Positions 27,919-38,578 of a stretch of 64,000 nt of DNA are shown here, in pieces. The stretch's first letter is position 1, and each line of letters starts with the position of its first letter. A program made the translations under genes and the position numbers. The notes beneath the pieces are model-generated. The model was not told the DNA's origin and searched no databases. It saw only the letters and a list, made by a program, of their open reading frames with translations. Source of the DNA: Terriglobia bacterium (GTDB lineage Bacteria; Acidobacteriota; Terriglobia; 2-12-FULL-54-10); assembly GCA_963666975.2 (NCBI GenBank), contig CAXVYR010000003.1:160001-224000 (forward strand). Direction: 5' to 3'.

Positions 27919-28977
27919 TCAAAGAGCTTGGAGAACAGCCTTGCCCAATTCATCTGTGGAGGCAGTGCCCTTCAGGTCTTGCGGGCGCAGCCCGGAGTCG
28001 ATCACCTTTATCACAGCGGCTTCCACCGCAGCCGCCTCTTGTTCCAGGCCGAAGCTGTGCCGCAACATCATGGCCGCAGAAAGGATGGTTCCCAGAGGAT
28101 TGGCGATTCCTTTCCCGGCAATGTCGGGTGCGGAGCCGTGGACCGGCTCATACAAGCCGGTATGCTCGCCCAGGGATGCCGAGGGCAGCATTCCGATGGA
28201 GCCGGTCAGCACAGCGGCCTCGTCACTGAGGATGTCGCCAAACAGGTTTTCGGTGACCACTACGTCGAAGCGCCGCGGATTTTGGACAATCTGCATGGCG
28301 CAGGAATCTACGAGCATATGTTCGAGTTGAACATCCGGAAATTCCGCGGCCCCCAGTTGGGTGACCGTTGCTCGCCAGAGCTGGGAATTTTCGAGCACGT
28401 TGGCCTTATCTACACTCACAACGCGCTTTTTTCTGCCGCGAGCCAGCTTGAAGGCCATGCGGGCAATCCGCTCGATCTCAGAACGGCTATAGGCCATTGT
28501 GTTCACAGCTCTCGGCTCTCCGCTCTCCTGGCTGACGCCGCGAGGAGTGCCGTAGTAAAGTCCTCCGGTTAGTTCCCGCACCAAGAGCAGGTTGGTTCCA
28601 TGCACGATCTCCGGACGAAGAGGAGAAAAGCTCTCGAGCGCCTGGAAGCAGATGGCGGGACGCAAATTGGCAAAGACATGAAGCTCTTTGCGCAGACGCA
28701 GCAATCCTTTTTCCGGCCGCTTCTCCGGAGGCAGGGCATCGAACTCCGGGTGTCCCACCGCTCCCAGAAGGACCGCGCCGGAGGACTTGGCCAGCGTCAG
28801 CGTCTCGGGCGGCAGCGGGTCGCCGGCGGCACGGATGGCCGCAGCGCCGATCAGCCCGGAAGCGATCTCCAGTTGATGCGAATGATTTCGGCAGACCGCC
28901 TCCAGGACGGCAACAGCCTGCGCCGTGACTTCCGGTCCAATTCCATCACCTGCCAGCAATGCGATGCACAGTTTCAT
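27919..28977 (-). CDS. leuB: 3-isopropylmalate dehydrogenase
   Basis: [47 protein letters not shown]. Confidence 0.96.
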   Translation of the reverse strand: MKLCIALLAGDGIGPEVTAQAVAVLEAVCRNHSHQLEIASGLIGAAAIRAAGDPLPPETLTLAKSSGAVLLGAVGHPEFDALPPEKRPEKGLLRLRKELHVFANLRPAICFQALESFSPLRPEIVHGTNLLLVRELTGGLYYGTPRGVSQESGEPRAVNTMAYSRSEIERIARMAFKLARGRKKRVVSVDKANVLENSQLWRATVTQLGAAEFPDVQLEHMLVDSCAMQIVQNPRRFDVVVTENLFGDILSDEAAVLTGSIGMLPSASLGEHTGLYEPVHGSAPDIAGKGIANPLGTILSAAMMLRHSFGLEQEAAAVEAAVIKVIDSGLRPQDLKGTASTDELGKAVLQAL

Positions 28978-29222
28978 CGGAAGCGGTCTCCTTTGGAGGG
29001 CCCCGGCAATACCGGGGCGCGCGTGAGATATCAGAGTGTCAACGAGCCGTCATTGTAGCAAGCTTCAGAAGGTTTAACAGAGGCCACATGGGAGAGAGAT
29101 TCTTAGGGATAAATTTCCCTTTAGTGAACAGCAATGAAGATCGCCAACGCCGTTACCGGGTTGGTTTCCCCGCGCCCGCGACGGCACTGCCCTCGTGCCG
29201 GCAGCCGTTTTTGCCGCATCGG

Positions 29223-31037
29223 TCAGTGCGTGTCAAAGGCCGCCTGATACTGAGCTATCTTGGCCCGAATCCCGTCCAATTCGGGTTGGGTCGGATTGTC
29301 AGGATCAACCGCCGCCGGGAGGCTGCCGAACTTCATCAGGCAAGCCATCAGGAGGAGGCGGGCCTTGGTAGGGGTGAGATTGTTCCCCTCGATAAAGAGA
29401 TCGCCGGGATCGGTAGGCGTAATCCCCCCGTGGTTGCCCCGGCCCACACGGACTACAGGCATCCCCTTCAGGACTGCCAGCGTCAGGGCCGCCTCTGACG
29501 GCTCGTTCAGAAAGCCGTATGGCGCGTTACCCTCGAGCACAAAGCCGGAAAGGGGGAACGCCTGCAGATTTTTTTCAATGCGGGACAGAATTTCCACCTC
29601 GCTCACGGCCTCGTCAGAATAGCTATGAGAGGCATATCTTGAATATTTAACGAAGCTTATCTTGGGAATAGCTGTCGGGAGCAGATCTCCCTTCGCATCC
29701 TTGATGGAGACCCGCACGGTTGCGACCCCATCCCCGGCTCGCTTCACGCCCTGGACGGTGGTGGGCAGCCTCTTCATGTTGAATTCGGAAGAATAGGTGT
29801 GTTTCTTCGTCGGCAAAAAAGTAAGGGCAATCGGATTGAGGCCGCCGATAATGCCTCCGTGCCCGCCGGTCGCAACGTAGCCGCCTGGCCGATCGTCTCC
29901 CTTCTGGACGTCACGAGATGTGAAGAGCTGTTCTTCCTGAATCATGATTGCGCCGACTTGGTCCAATCCGTTCGCGTCCTTCCAGATGCCGGAGACGATG
30001 TAGTCGACCGAGTCCACGATGTTGCGGTCCCCATCGTTGCTCAGCATGCCGTGCATTCGCTGCGAGGCGTTGCCCACGATCGGCACGGTGGTGTCGATCA
30101 GCAGGTTGAGCCAGTACACCGATTCCTCCGTCGTCGGACTTCCCTCCAGCCAAATGGCCCCCGCATACTCTCCCTGTGCCATGGCCCGCTGCACCATATT
30201 GGTGAGTCGAGCCAAAGTGGACATCGTGGGTTCCTGTCGGAAAGGTGTATAGGTAAAGAAGTCTTCCCCCCAGGTTTCTTTCCGGATGTCGCCCTCTCCT
30301 ACATCCGTGCGCTGGCCGGCCGGCAGGCCTTTTCTGTATCCACCCGACGGAGCAGGCCGGTAAAAATGGAAATCGGCTTTGGAACTCAGCAAATTGTTGG
30401 TCGCCCCGCCGCCGAGCCCGAAGCGATCGATCTCCTCGAAGATCCGGAATGCATCCGGGTAAAACGGCACGCGACACTTTTCAGGAGGCGCCTCCGGGGA
30501 AGCGCAACTTCCCTCCCAGGCTTCCCCGCCGGCCTGCCGAGCCATATAAGGCAGCAAGTACAGTCCGTCCTCTGGGCGCAGAGTGACTTCGTAAACCGGG
30601 ATGTCGTCCGGCGACTGACGTTGCTTGCTGAAAGCTGCGGTTCCGGAGTTGATGTACCCGTCCGGCCGTGCGTAAAGCTCGCTCACGTCTTGCTCCAATG
30701 GATGGGCAGTGAGAGCTTGAACGTACACCGTCACCGGCGCCGCCAGACGTTGGGGCCGAAGGGCGCCAAACCGCAGGGGAGTGCCGTCTGGGTTGGTCAG
30801 GAGCGGAAGTCCATACTTTGCCCTCGCCTTGTTGCTGGTGATCAGAGGTGCGTTGTTTTGTATGGTGGCCGTTGGCCCCGAGAACACAGCGATTTTGGGT
30901 TTCGCATCGCTGGCGGCGCCCGGCAGAGCGCCCCCCGCGAACATCAGCGCGAGTGGCAATGCGGGAACAGAAAAAAGCAAAGAGCGACAGCGAATCCCAC
31001 TCGAGGAAAGGCTGCCTTTTCTGCCATTCTTTAGCAT
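29223..31037 (-). CDS. Exported divergent asparaginase-fold protein
   Basis: Signal peptide; IAVFSGPTATIQN, WLEGSPTTEES, PIVGNASQR, SNDGDRNI, C-terminal GMPVVRVGRG...NLTPTKARLLLM. Confidence 0.75.
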   Translation of the reverse strand: MLKNGRKGSLSSSGIRCRSLLFSVPALPLALMFAGGALPGAASDAKPKIAVFSGPTATIQNNAPLITSNKARAKYGLPLLTNPDGTPLRFGALRPQRLAAPVTVYVQALTAHPLEQDVSELYARPDGYINSGTAAFSKQRQSPDDIPVYEVTLRPEDGLYLLPYMARQAGGEAWEGSCASPEAPPEKCRVPFYPDAFRIFEEIDRFGLGGGATNNLLSSKADFHFYRPAPSGGYRKGLPAGQRTDVGEGDIRKETWGEDFFTYTPFRQEPTMSTLARLTNMVQRAMAQGEYAGAIWLEGSPTTEESVYWLNLLIDTTVPIVGNASQRMHGMLSNDGDRNIVDSVDYIVSGIWKDANGLDQVGAIMIQEEQLFTSRDVQKGDDRPGGYVATGGHGGIIGGLNPIALTFLPTKKHTYSSEFNMKRLPTTVQGVKRAGDGVATVRVSIKDAKGDLLPTAIPKISFVKYSRYASHSYSDEAVSEVEILSRIEKNLQAFPLSGFVLEGNAPYGFLNEPSEAALTLAVLKGMPVVRVGRGNHGGITPTDPGDLFIEGNNLTPTKARLLLMACLMKFGSLPAAVDPDNPTQPELDGIRAKIAQYQAAFDTH

Positions 31038-31261
31038 CTTTTCGGTTGCCTCCTTCGGTCAAATTTCGCGACGAGCATTACTGTGAGGGGACAAATGCCG
31101 GGGTGGTTCAGGATCGAAACGGCTCATGCTTTTCGCCCGAAGCGCTGGCTCAGAACCGCGCGGTCGACAGCCCGTATTTTCTCTGTGCCTGTCCCTGCGT
31201 CTCTGTGTCTCAAGGGCACAGTCATTGGTTCGGGGAACCCGCCGCCGAGAGGGTTCCGTGG

Positions 31262-31300
31262 AAAAAAAGTGCCACAGCCGATGGAAACTCCCGACTTGGC
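31262..31300 (-). terminator. Probable intrinsic terminator after leuA
   Basis: Minus strand GCCA-AGTCGG...TCGGCT-G-TGGC followed by a T7 tract. Confidence 0.55.
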
Positions 31301-31348
31301 GCAAACCACGGCGGTTTTAACATAGAAATTGGGGTCAAAAACAAGAAT

Positions 31349-32521
31349 TCAGATGACGCTCGGAAGAGACTGCTCCATGTGATGGACCATCCGGATCAAG
31401 TCTTCGTCGAGGATCATTTTCTTGCGGTCGGCCAGTTCGGTAAAACGCCGGTAGAGTTCGCCCAACTGCCCGGCATCCAAATGGACCCCAAGCTCCTCAC
31501 AGCGCCGCTGCAGCGCGTGCCGCCCGCTGTGTTTTCCCAGCACCAGACGGTTGGCGGGCACGCCGACCGACTGCGGGGTCATGATTTCGTAGGTGAGGGC
31601 GTGTTTTATCACTCCGTCCTGATGAATGCCGGCTTCGTGAGCAAACGCGTTGCGGCCCACAATCGCCTTGTTGGGCTGCACGGGAACATCGATGGTCTGG
31701 CTTAGAAGCTGGCTGGTGGGGTAGAGCAACTCGGAGCGCACGCCGGTAACATGCGGAACCAAGTCATGCCGGACGCGCAGCGCCATGACGATCTCCTCCA
31801 AAGCAGCGTTTCCGGCCCGTTCGCCAATTCCATTGATGGTGCACTCCACCTGCCGCGCGCCGCTCTCGACAGCCGCCAGCGAATTGGCTACGGCCAGTCC
31901 CAGATCGTCGTGGCAGTGCACGCTGAGCGTGGGCCCTTCGCCCACCGCCTGCCGCACGTCCCGGATAATCTCGGCGTACTCGCGGGGCATGGTGTAGCCC
32001 ACCGTGTCGGGGATGTTCAGCGTCGTGGCTCCGGCCTCCACCGCCGCGCGGAAGCATTCGCACAGATAGGTCCGCTTGGTTCGGGTGGCGTCCTCGCAGG
32101 AAAACTCCACGTCATCTACAAAGCTGCGCGCCAAGCGCACCGACTCTGCAATCTGCTCCATCGCCTGTTCCGGCTTCAGCCGCAGTTTGTGCTCCAAATG
32201 AATGTCGGAGGTAGCCAGGAATACATGGATGCGGGGATGGCGGGCGGGCTCCAGCGCCGCCGCGGCTCGTTCGATGTCGGCTGGCGCGGCGCGTGCCAGG
32301 GCGGCAATCGTCACAGACGGGCCAGCCGTGGCGGCCACTTGGCGGACAGCTTCAAAGTCCCCCGCGGAGGCAATTGGAAACCCGGCTTCGATGATATCCA
32401 CGCCAAGCTCTTCCAACTGCCGGGCCATCGTTATCTTTTCCGCCGTATTCATGCTGCAGCCGGGGGACTGCTCGCCGTCGCGAAGAGTGGTATCAAAAAT
32501 CTTTACTCTGTCTTCGCTCAC
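31349..32521 (-). CDS. leuA: 2-isopropylmalate synthase, short form lacking the regulatory domain
   Basis: [41 protein letters not shown]; 390 aa. Confidence 0.9.
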   Translation of the reverse strand: MSEDRVKIFDTTLRDGEQSPGCSMNTAEKITMARQLEELGVDIIEAGFPIASAGDFEAVRQVAATAGPSVTIAALARAAPADIERAAAALEPARHPRIHVFLATSDIHLEHKLRLKPEQAMEQIAESVRLARSFVDDVEFSCEDATRTKRTYLCECFRAAVEAGATTLNIPDTVGYTMPREYAEIIRDVRQAVGEGPTLSVHCHDDLGLAVANSLAAVESGARQVECTINGIGERAGNAALEEIVMALRVRHDLVPHVTGVRSELLYPTSQLLSQTIDVPVQPNKAIVGRNAFAHEAGIHQDGVIKHALTYEIMTPQSVGVPANRLVLGKHSGRHALQRRCEELGVHLDAGQLGELYRRFTELADRKKMILDEDLIRMVHHMEQSLPSVI

Positions 32522-32762
32522 CGCTCACCTCCCGCCGGGATTCCCGATGCCGGTAAAAAAATCGGGCTATTCTCCCGGCTTGGTTGCTCCCAAGTCCCGC
32601 CTCCGATGGAAGCATGCAATTATTCGGAAGTATAGCAAACGGCTTGCATGCAAGGCAAATTTATAGTTTAGAAGGTTATATCAATCCTGTTAATATCAGA
32701 TATCCGTAAATTACTGAACCATAAATCACCGAACCGCTAGCCACGGGGGGCGGACAAAAAGC

Positions 32763-33644
32763 ATGGAACTCTCCCAATTGAGCATATTTTTGACGGTGGC
32801 GTCAGAAAAAAGCTTCTCCCGCGCGGCGCAGAAGCTGGAGCGGACGCAGCCGGCCATCAGCCTGGCCGTGCAACGTTTGGAGGCTGAGCTGGGGGAAAAG
32901 CTTCTGGACCGTTCTTTGAAGGACGGCACTCTGACCGACGCCGGGAAGATTGTTTCCGAATATGCCCTGCGAATTGAAAACATCCGCCGCGAGATGGCGA
33001 ATGCCTTAACCGAATTGCGGGATAAACAAACGGGCAAGCTCACCATCGGCGCGAACGAAAACGGCGCCCTCTACCTGCTGACCTTTATCTATTCGTTCCG
33101 CCATCTCTACCCGCGAGTGAAGGTGGAGGTGCGCCGCTCCTTGTCCCGCAATATTCCGAGCGAGGTGCTGGACAATTCGATGGACCTGGGCGTGGTCAGC
33201 TACAAGCCGGGAAACAAGAATCTGCACTCCCTGGTGATCTATCATGACGCGGTCGCTTTCATCGTGCATCCCCAGCACCGCTTTGCCGGGCGAAAGCAGA
33301 TATCCATTCGCGACCTGGGCGCGGAAACCATCATCGCCCACAACATCGCCTCTCCCTACCGCCAAATCGTGCTGGACGCATTTCAAAAGCATCAAGTTCC
33401 CCTGCACATGGATATTGAGATGCCCACCGTTGAGACCATCAAGAAAATGGTGCAGAACAAGATGGGCGTGGCCTTCGTGCCCCGCATGTGCGTGCAGACG
33501 GAGCTGACAGCCGGCGAATTGGCGGAAGTTCCCGTGCGGGAGCTCCCGGTGGCGCGGAAAATCCGTCTGGTCCATCCTGCTCATCGGCACGTCTCGCACG
33601 CCGCCCGTGCCTTCCTGGACCTCGTCAAGAGTTCCGAGAAGTAA
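32763..33644 (+). CDS. LysR-family regulator divergent from leuA
   Basis: SFSRAAQKLERTQPAIS HTH plus substrate-binding domain. Confidence 0.93.
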   Translation: MELSQLSIFLTVASEKSFSRAAQKLERTQPAISLAVQRLEAELGEKLLDRSLKDGTLTDAGKIVSEYALRIENIRREMANALTELRDKQTGKLTIGANENGALYLLTFIYSFRHLYPRVKVEVRRSLSRNIPSEVLDNSMDLGVVSYKPGNKNLHSLVIYHDAVAFIVHPQHRFAGRKQISIRDLGAETIIAHNIASPYRQIVLDAFQKHQVPLHMDIEMPTVETIKKMVQNKMGVAFVPRMCVQTELTAGELAEVPVRELPVARKIRLVHPAHRHVSHAARAFLDLVKSSEK

Positions 33645-33660
33645 ACTCTCTGCCAGCCAT

Positions 33661-34089
33661 TCAGTTTTTTTTCGAAATGTCTTCGAGCAGCAGGCGGATA
33701 CGCGCTGCCAAGTCCTCCCGCACCCTGCGGAAGACCGCCATTCTTTGCTCCTCGGTGCCCCGGGCCGCTGCGGGATCGGGAATGCTCCAATGGATATTTT
33801 GGGATGCGTCGGGGAAGGCGGGGCAGGATTCCTTGGCATCATCGCAGAGTGTGATGAGGTAGTCGAACGGTTGCCCCAAAAACGGGTCGAGCGGCTTCGA
33901 GCGCTGGGAGGAGATATCCACGCCGATTTCGCTCATGCTCCCGATGGCGTCTGGATGGACCTGTGACGGCCTCGTCCCGGCGCTGGCGACTTCCACCGCG
34001 GCCTGCCCCAGATGGCGCAGCAGCCCCTCGGCCATTTGCGAGCGGCAGGAATTGCCCGTACAAAGAAAAAGGACCTTCACCGGCGGCAT
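33661..34089 (-). CDS. arsC: Thioredoxin-type arsenate reductase (LMW-PTP fold)
   Basis: CTGNSCRSQMAE, LCDDAKESCP, HWSIPDP; start revised to 34089. Confidence 0.85.
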   Translation of the reverse strand: MPPVKVLFLCTGNSCRSQMAEGLLRHLGQAAVEVASAGTRPSQVHPDAIGSMSEIGVDISSQRSKPLDPFLGQPFDYLITLCDDAKESCPAFPDASQNIHWSIPDPAAARGTEEQRMAVFRRVREDLAARIRLLLEDISKKN

Positions 34090-34090
34090 C

Positions 34091-35482
34091 TTAATTCTCT
34101 CTTCGCGCCGGGATGTCCGCGGCGTATTCCCAAAACTTCGCGACCGCGCGGACTCCGTCAAAGAAATTTTGCAGGTGGAATTTTTCATTGGGAGAATGCA
34201 GGCGGTCATCCGGCAGGCTGAAGCCCATCAAGACCACGGGGACCTGCAGCGTTTCTTCACAGCGCGCCACGATGGGAATGGAACCGCCGGAGCGGATATA
34301 GACGGTCGGCTTGCGGAAGGTCTCGCTCAGAGCTTTCGCTGCGGCCTTGACCAGCGGATGAGTGGCCTCCATCGCGACCGGCTCCGCGCTGCTGAGGTTG
34401 CGGACCTCGATGCGAAGGCCGGGAGGAGTGAGTCTTTCCACTTCCTTCTGAAAGGAAGCGAAAATTTTCTTCGGGTCCTGGCGCGGCACCAGGCGCATGC
34501 TCACCTTGGCCGAAGCCCTGGCCGGAATCACCGTCTTGGCTCCTTCGCCCGTAAAGCCTCCCGCGATTCCGTGCACCTCCAGCGTGGGTCTCGCCCAGAG
34601 CCGCTCCAGGACGGCAAAATCTTTTTCCCCAATCAGGCTGGTTGACCCGACCTCTTCCCGGAGAAATTCCTTTTCGTCAAAAGGAAGCCGCGACCAGGAG
34701 GCTTTTTCTTCCGGGGAGGGAGCCTCGACCTCATCGTAGAAACCCGGCACCAAAATCCGGTGTTCCGGGGAGACTAATTGGGAGATGATCCGGATGAGCC
34801 CCGTCAGGGGATTCGGCGCGGCTCCACCGTAGACGCCGGAGTGCAGGTCCTGGGCCGCGCCCGTGGCCACCAGTTCGGTGTAGACAAGCCCTCGCAGCCC
34901 GATGCAGAGGGTCGGCAGCCCCGGCGCAAACATCTCGGTGTCGGAGACGAGCACCACGTCAGAGCGCAACGGGCCGGGATTCTCCCGGACATAACGGTCG
35001 ATCGCTTCTCCGCCGACCTCTTCCTCTCCTTCAATTAGGAATTTGAGATTGACCGGCGGCGCGCCGCGCGTCTTGAAAAACGACTCCGCCGCTTTGAGGT
35101 GGATATACATCTGGCCCTTGTCATCGGCGGCTCCCCGCGCATAGATATTGCCGTCGCGCAGGGAGGGCTCAAAAGGCGGCGTGATCCATTCCTCCAGCGG
35201 GTCCGGCGGCTGCACGTCGTAATGGCCGTAGCAAAGCACGGTCGGCTTTCCGGGAGCGCCCATCCATTCCCCGTACACCAAGGGGTGCCCCTCGGTCGGA
35301 ATCCGCTTTACCTTCTTGAGGCCGGCCTCCCGCAACTTTTCCGCTACGAATTCGCTGGCCCGTTCGATGTCCGGCTTGTGCTGGGGCAGGGTGCTGACAC
35401 TGGGGATTGCCAGGAAAGCCTTCAACTCTTCAAGAAAACGGTCCTTGTTTTTTTCAATATAGGTCTCCACAGGCATGCTCAT
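34091..35482 (-). CDS. M20-family dipeptidase
   Basis: YGHYDVQP, RGAADDKG, EGEEE, DLHSG, HSPNE. Confidence 0.92.
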   Translation of the reverse strand: MSMPVETYIEKNKDRFLEELKAFLAIPSVSTLPQHKPDIERASEFVAEKLREAGLKKVKRIPTEGHPLVYGEWMGAPGKPTVLCYGHYDVQPPDPLEEWITPPFEPSLRDGNIYARGAADDKGQMYIHLKAAESFFKTRGAPPVNLKFLIEGEEEVGGEAIDRYVRENPGPLRSDVVLVSDTEMFAPGLPTLCIGLRGLVYTELVATGAAQDLHSGVYGGAAPNPLTGLIRIISQLVSPEHRILVPGFYDEVEAPSPEEKASWSRLPFDEKEFLREEVGSTSLIGEKDFAVLERLWARPTLEVHGIAGGFTGEGAKTVIPARASAKVSMRLVPRQDPKKIFASFQKEVERLTPPGLRIEVRNLSSAEPVAMEATHPLVKAAAKALSETFRKPTVYIRSGGSIPIVARCEETLQVPVVLMGFSLPDDRLHSPNEKFHLQNFFDGVRAVAKFWEYAADIPARREN

Positions 35483-35645
35483 GAAAATGGCTCCCCGGCA
35501 GGAAATTTTTCAGAGAGGCAGTATAGCTTGAAACGGCTGTCGCGGGCAGGTCCTCCGGCTGGCATCTTGGTTTGGGGGGCGTGTGGCAAGGGAGTCACCC
35601 GCTGCTTTCCGTTGTCATTGCCGGGGGAGAGGAAAGGAGTCTACT

Positions 35646-36590
35646 ATGGGAAGAAGAAAAGGGGTTGCCACGGACGTCATGCGGTTATCACGACAGGCAA
35701 ACAGGCTCGGGCTGCGGAGATATTGCGTAATTACGGTGTTGGGAGCGGTTTTCTTTCTGGCAGGCTTCGCCGGAGCAGCAGATCAAAAGCTGGTGCTGCA
35801 AGATGGCAGCGACCAACTGGTCCGTTCCTACGAGCGGAAAGGCGACCGTGTTCGCTACTTCAGCACCGAACGCCAGCAGTGGGAAGAGATTCCGGCTTCG
35901 CTCGTGGATTGGGAAGCGACCGAGGATGCCAGGAGGGAGATGGAAAAAATCCCCGAGGTCGCGCTGGAACCGGAGCCAGCCGCTCCCGAGCGATTTGCCG
36001 TTGCGCCTGGTGTCCATTTGCCCGAAGGGGAAGGCGTCTTCGTTTATGGCGGCGGAATTCTAAGAAGCTTGGTGCAATCCCAGGCGACGGTCCGGAACGA
36101 CCGGAAGAGATCCATCCTGGGCGCGATTATTCCGATCCCGGCGATCAAGGCCAAGTCCAAGGTGGAACTGGAAGGCCCCGCCGCAGCAATCTCCATTACC
36201 GCTTCCCATCCTGTCTTTTATTTGCAGATCAGGCAGCCTTCCCCGGCGGGGTTCGGGCTGGTACGGCTCGAGCAGAAAAAAGACAGCCGCGCCGTGGGCG
36301 AAATTCTGGTGAATCCTCTTACACGAAATTCTTCCCAATCGCAAAACGTGGTGCCGTCCGACTTGCAGGAAGTGCAGGCAGGCCCAACCGGCAGAGGCCC
36401 TGCCGTCATTCGCCTTTCACCTCGCGAGCCGCTCAGCGAGGGCGAGTATGCTGTAGTCGAGTTTATCGAGAGCGGCGAATTGAACCTTTTCGTTTGGGAT
36501 TTTAGCTACCATCCCTCGCCGGAGGCCCGGCTGCCTCGCGAAAGTCGGCCAAAACCCGTGCTGCAAGGGGAGAAGCAAAACAGGAGGTAA
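35646..36590 (+). CDS. Exported hypothetical protein
   Basis: AAGGAG RBS before ATG 35646; signal or TM segment; LQDG...VDWEAT; PREPLSEGEYAVV. Confidence 0.7.
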   Translation: MGRRKGVATDVMRLSRQANRLGLRRYCVITVLGAVFFLAGFAGAADQKLVLQDGSDQLVRSYERKGDRVRYFSTERQQWEEIPASLVDWEATEDARREMEKIPEVALEPEPAAPERFAVAPGVHLPEGEGVFVYGGGILRSLVQSQATVRNDRKRSILGAIIPIPAIKAKSKVELEGPAAAISITASHPVFYLQIRQPSPAGFGLVRLEQKKDSRAVGEILVNPLTRNSSQSQNVVPSDLQEVQAGPTGRGPAVIRLSPREPLSEGEYAVVEFIESGELNLFVWDFSYHPSPEARLPRESRPKPVLQGEKQNRR

Positions 36591-36591
36591 G

Positions 36592-37749
36592 ATGAAACAG
36601 ACAATCAATGTGAAGGCGACGCTCCTTTCCCTTATTTTTGTTCTGGGGATTGGGAGCGTCCCAGGCAGAGCACAGCAATCGCATCCCCGTCTATCGGATG
36701 CGATGATCCGAACCATGCTGGAGCACCGGCTGATGGACCAGATGGTGCTGCGCAACGACAACATTCAGGTTTTGGTGCGAGATGGCGCCGTCACCCTGGA
36801 AGGAACCGTGCGCAACGTGGCGGAGAAGAAACGGGCGGAATGGTCGGCCCTCGGGATTGACGATGTTTCCGGCGTGCGGAATGATCTGTTCATCGAGACA
36901 ACCGACCGTTCCGACCAGCAGATCGCCGATGATCTCGCCGGGGAAATCCGGGGCTTTGTGTTCTATGACGTCTTCGACTGGATCGAGGGTGAGGTTCGGA
37001 ACGGCATGGTTGCCTTGAAAGGGTGGGTGAGGGAACCGTGGCGCAAAAATGATTATCAGAGTCTTGCGGAACGGATTGTAGGTGTTCGCGGAGTGGACAA
37101 CTTGATCGAGGTCCTCCCAGCCTCTGCGTATGACGATCATCTGCGAATTTCCGCAGCGCGGTCCATCTATGGGGACCCGCGATTTGTGCGTTACGCCAGC
37201 CGGACGCTTCCACCGCTTCACATTGTCGTCGATAACGGGAAGGTCATCCTCGAGGGAGTGGTCGGCAGCCAGTTGGAGCGGCGGCTAGCCGAATCGATTG
37301 TGCGTCTGGGGGTGATGGCTCAGGAGGTGGAGAATCATCTGCAAGTGGATGAGGAAATGCTCCGCGCTGTCCAGGGACCGCCACCTTTGCCCGGCCAGCG
37401 GTTGTCTTCCAACGAAAACGATCCCAGACGCTACAACATCAACAATCGCTCCGGAAACTTTGAGTTTCGCGGCCGGATTGACGGCGAAGCGGTTTTCCAC
37501 ATTCGCGGCGATGCGGTCGCGGTGGAAGCGATTCAAGGAGGCCCTGTCCGTGTAGAGAGGTTCCAGTTTTCGCAGCCCATTCCGAGCCAGCCGCTAACGG
37601 GTTTCCAGTTGCGAAAGCGCGACGGACGAGGTCTGGTGGAGTTGCTGGAACAGCCCAGTCCCGATAACGGTTTTACGGCGGTGATCCGGGTTTTGGATGA
37701 AAGGCGCGGCGATGACCGCTATCACTTTGAGCTAAACTGGCGCCGCTAG
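36592..37749 (+). CDS. Multi-BON domain protein with an extra C-terminal beta domain
   Basis: Signal peptide; three V.L.G.V...V.N.L BON-like units; tail GRID...GRG...EQPS..N...D...G...Y.FEL.W. Confidence 0.85.
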   Translation: MKQTINVKATLLSLIFVLGIGSVPGRAQQSHPRLSDAMIRTMLEHRLMDQMVLRNDNIQVLVRDGAVTLEGTVRNVAEKKRAEWSALGIDDVSGVRNDLFIETTDRSDQQIADDLAGEIRGFVFYDVFDWIEGEVRNGMVALKGWVREPWRKNDYQSLAERIVGVRGVDNLIEVLPASAYDDHLRISAARSIYGDPRFVRYASRTLPPLHIVVDNGKVILEGVVGSQLERRLAESIVRLGVMAQEVENHLQVDEEMLRAVQGPPPLPGQRLSSNENDPRRYNINNRSGNFEFRGRIDGEAVFHIRGDAVAVEAIQGGPVRVERFQFSQPIPSQPLTGFQLRKRDGRGLVELLEQPSPDNGFTAVIRVLDERRGDDRYHFELNWRR

Positions 37750-37789
37750 AGTGGATTCACCGGCAACGGACTTTACCCCAACTTTGAAA

Positions 37790-38509
37790 CTAAGCAGATG
37801 CGAAAGAAAGCAGGAAGCTCTTTTCCCGTCCCGCCCCGGCTGTGGTCTCTCGGTTTGAAAGGTAGGAGTACAAGCGGGCAGGACGCCGCCCGCGCCCGGA
37901 GGCAGTTTGCCCGTTGCTAGTCAGAATGTTCAGCGATAAAAATTTCTTGCGAAAATTGCGTTTGTCGAGCGAACGGCCCAGTATCCGCTCATAGGTCATC
38001 TGGAGTTCCGACAGGGAGAACTGCGGGGGCAAAAGGTGAAAGACAGCGGGTGTGTACTGAATCTTGTTGCGCAACCGCTCCAGAGCGTAGCCGACTGTCT
38101 CAGCCGTTCCCGGAGATAGAGCGGGGAGCTTGACCGGCAGGAACCAACGGCCCCGTTCCCCGCCAATGCCTGCTCCAGGACCAACCAGCACCAGGTAGGT
38201 CACTGCGATAGTGGAGGGATGTCTCCGAAGAGCCTTTCTTGTGAAGGTATATAGCTGCTCCATGTACAACCCCCGGCTGCCGGACCACTGTTTCAGCTTC
38301 CGTCGCGCCTCTGCATCGAGCGCGGGCACCGGGCTAATGAGGCTGCCGGGCAGCTTCCATCTTCCCGTGACAGACGGCGGCCCCGCCTTGGGTTCCAGCC
38401 AGACTTGGAGCTGCTCGGCCTCAACCCGGAGAATCACCAGCTCCAGCGAGACCCTGGAGAGATGTTCCTCCCCGCGTTTGTCCGGAACAGGTTTGCGAAA
38501 GGCTGCCAT
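37790..38509 (-). CDS. nrtR: NrtR-family NAD regulator (degenerate Nudix plus wHTH)
   Basis: WKLPG, EQLYTF, FSLSELQ...DKRNFRKK, RPARLY; co-oriented with pncA and pncB. Confidence 0.88.
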   Translation of the reverse strand: MAAFRKPVPDKRGEEHLSRVSLELVILRVEAEQLQVWLEPKAGPPSVTGRWKLPGSLISPVPALDAEARRKLKQWSGSRGLYMEQLYTFTRKALRRHPSTIAVTYLVLVGPGAGIGGERGRWFLPVKLPALSPGTAETVGYALERLRNKIQYTPAVFHLLPPQFSLSELQMTYERILGRSLDKRNFRKKFLSLNILTSNGQTASGRGRRPARLYSYLSNRETTAGAGREKSFLLSFASA

Positions 38510-38578
38510 CTCGGTTTTCCTCCCGGCGGCGCGCTGCCAGGCTTTGTTCTCGTTGACGCAGCTCTTCCGCCTTCTCCG

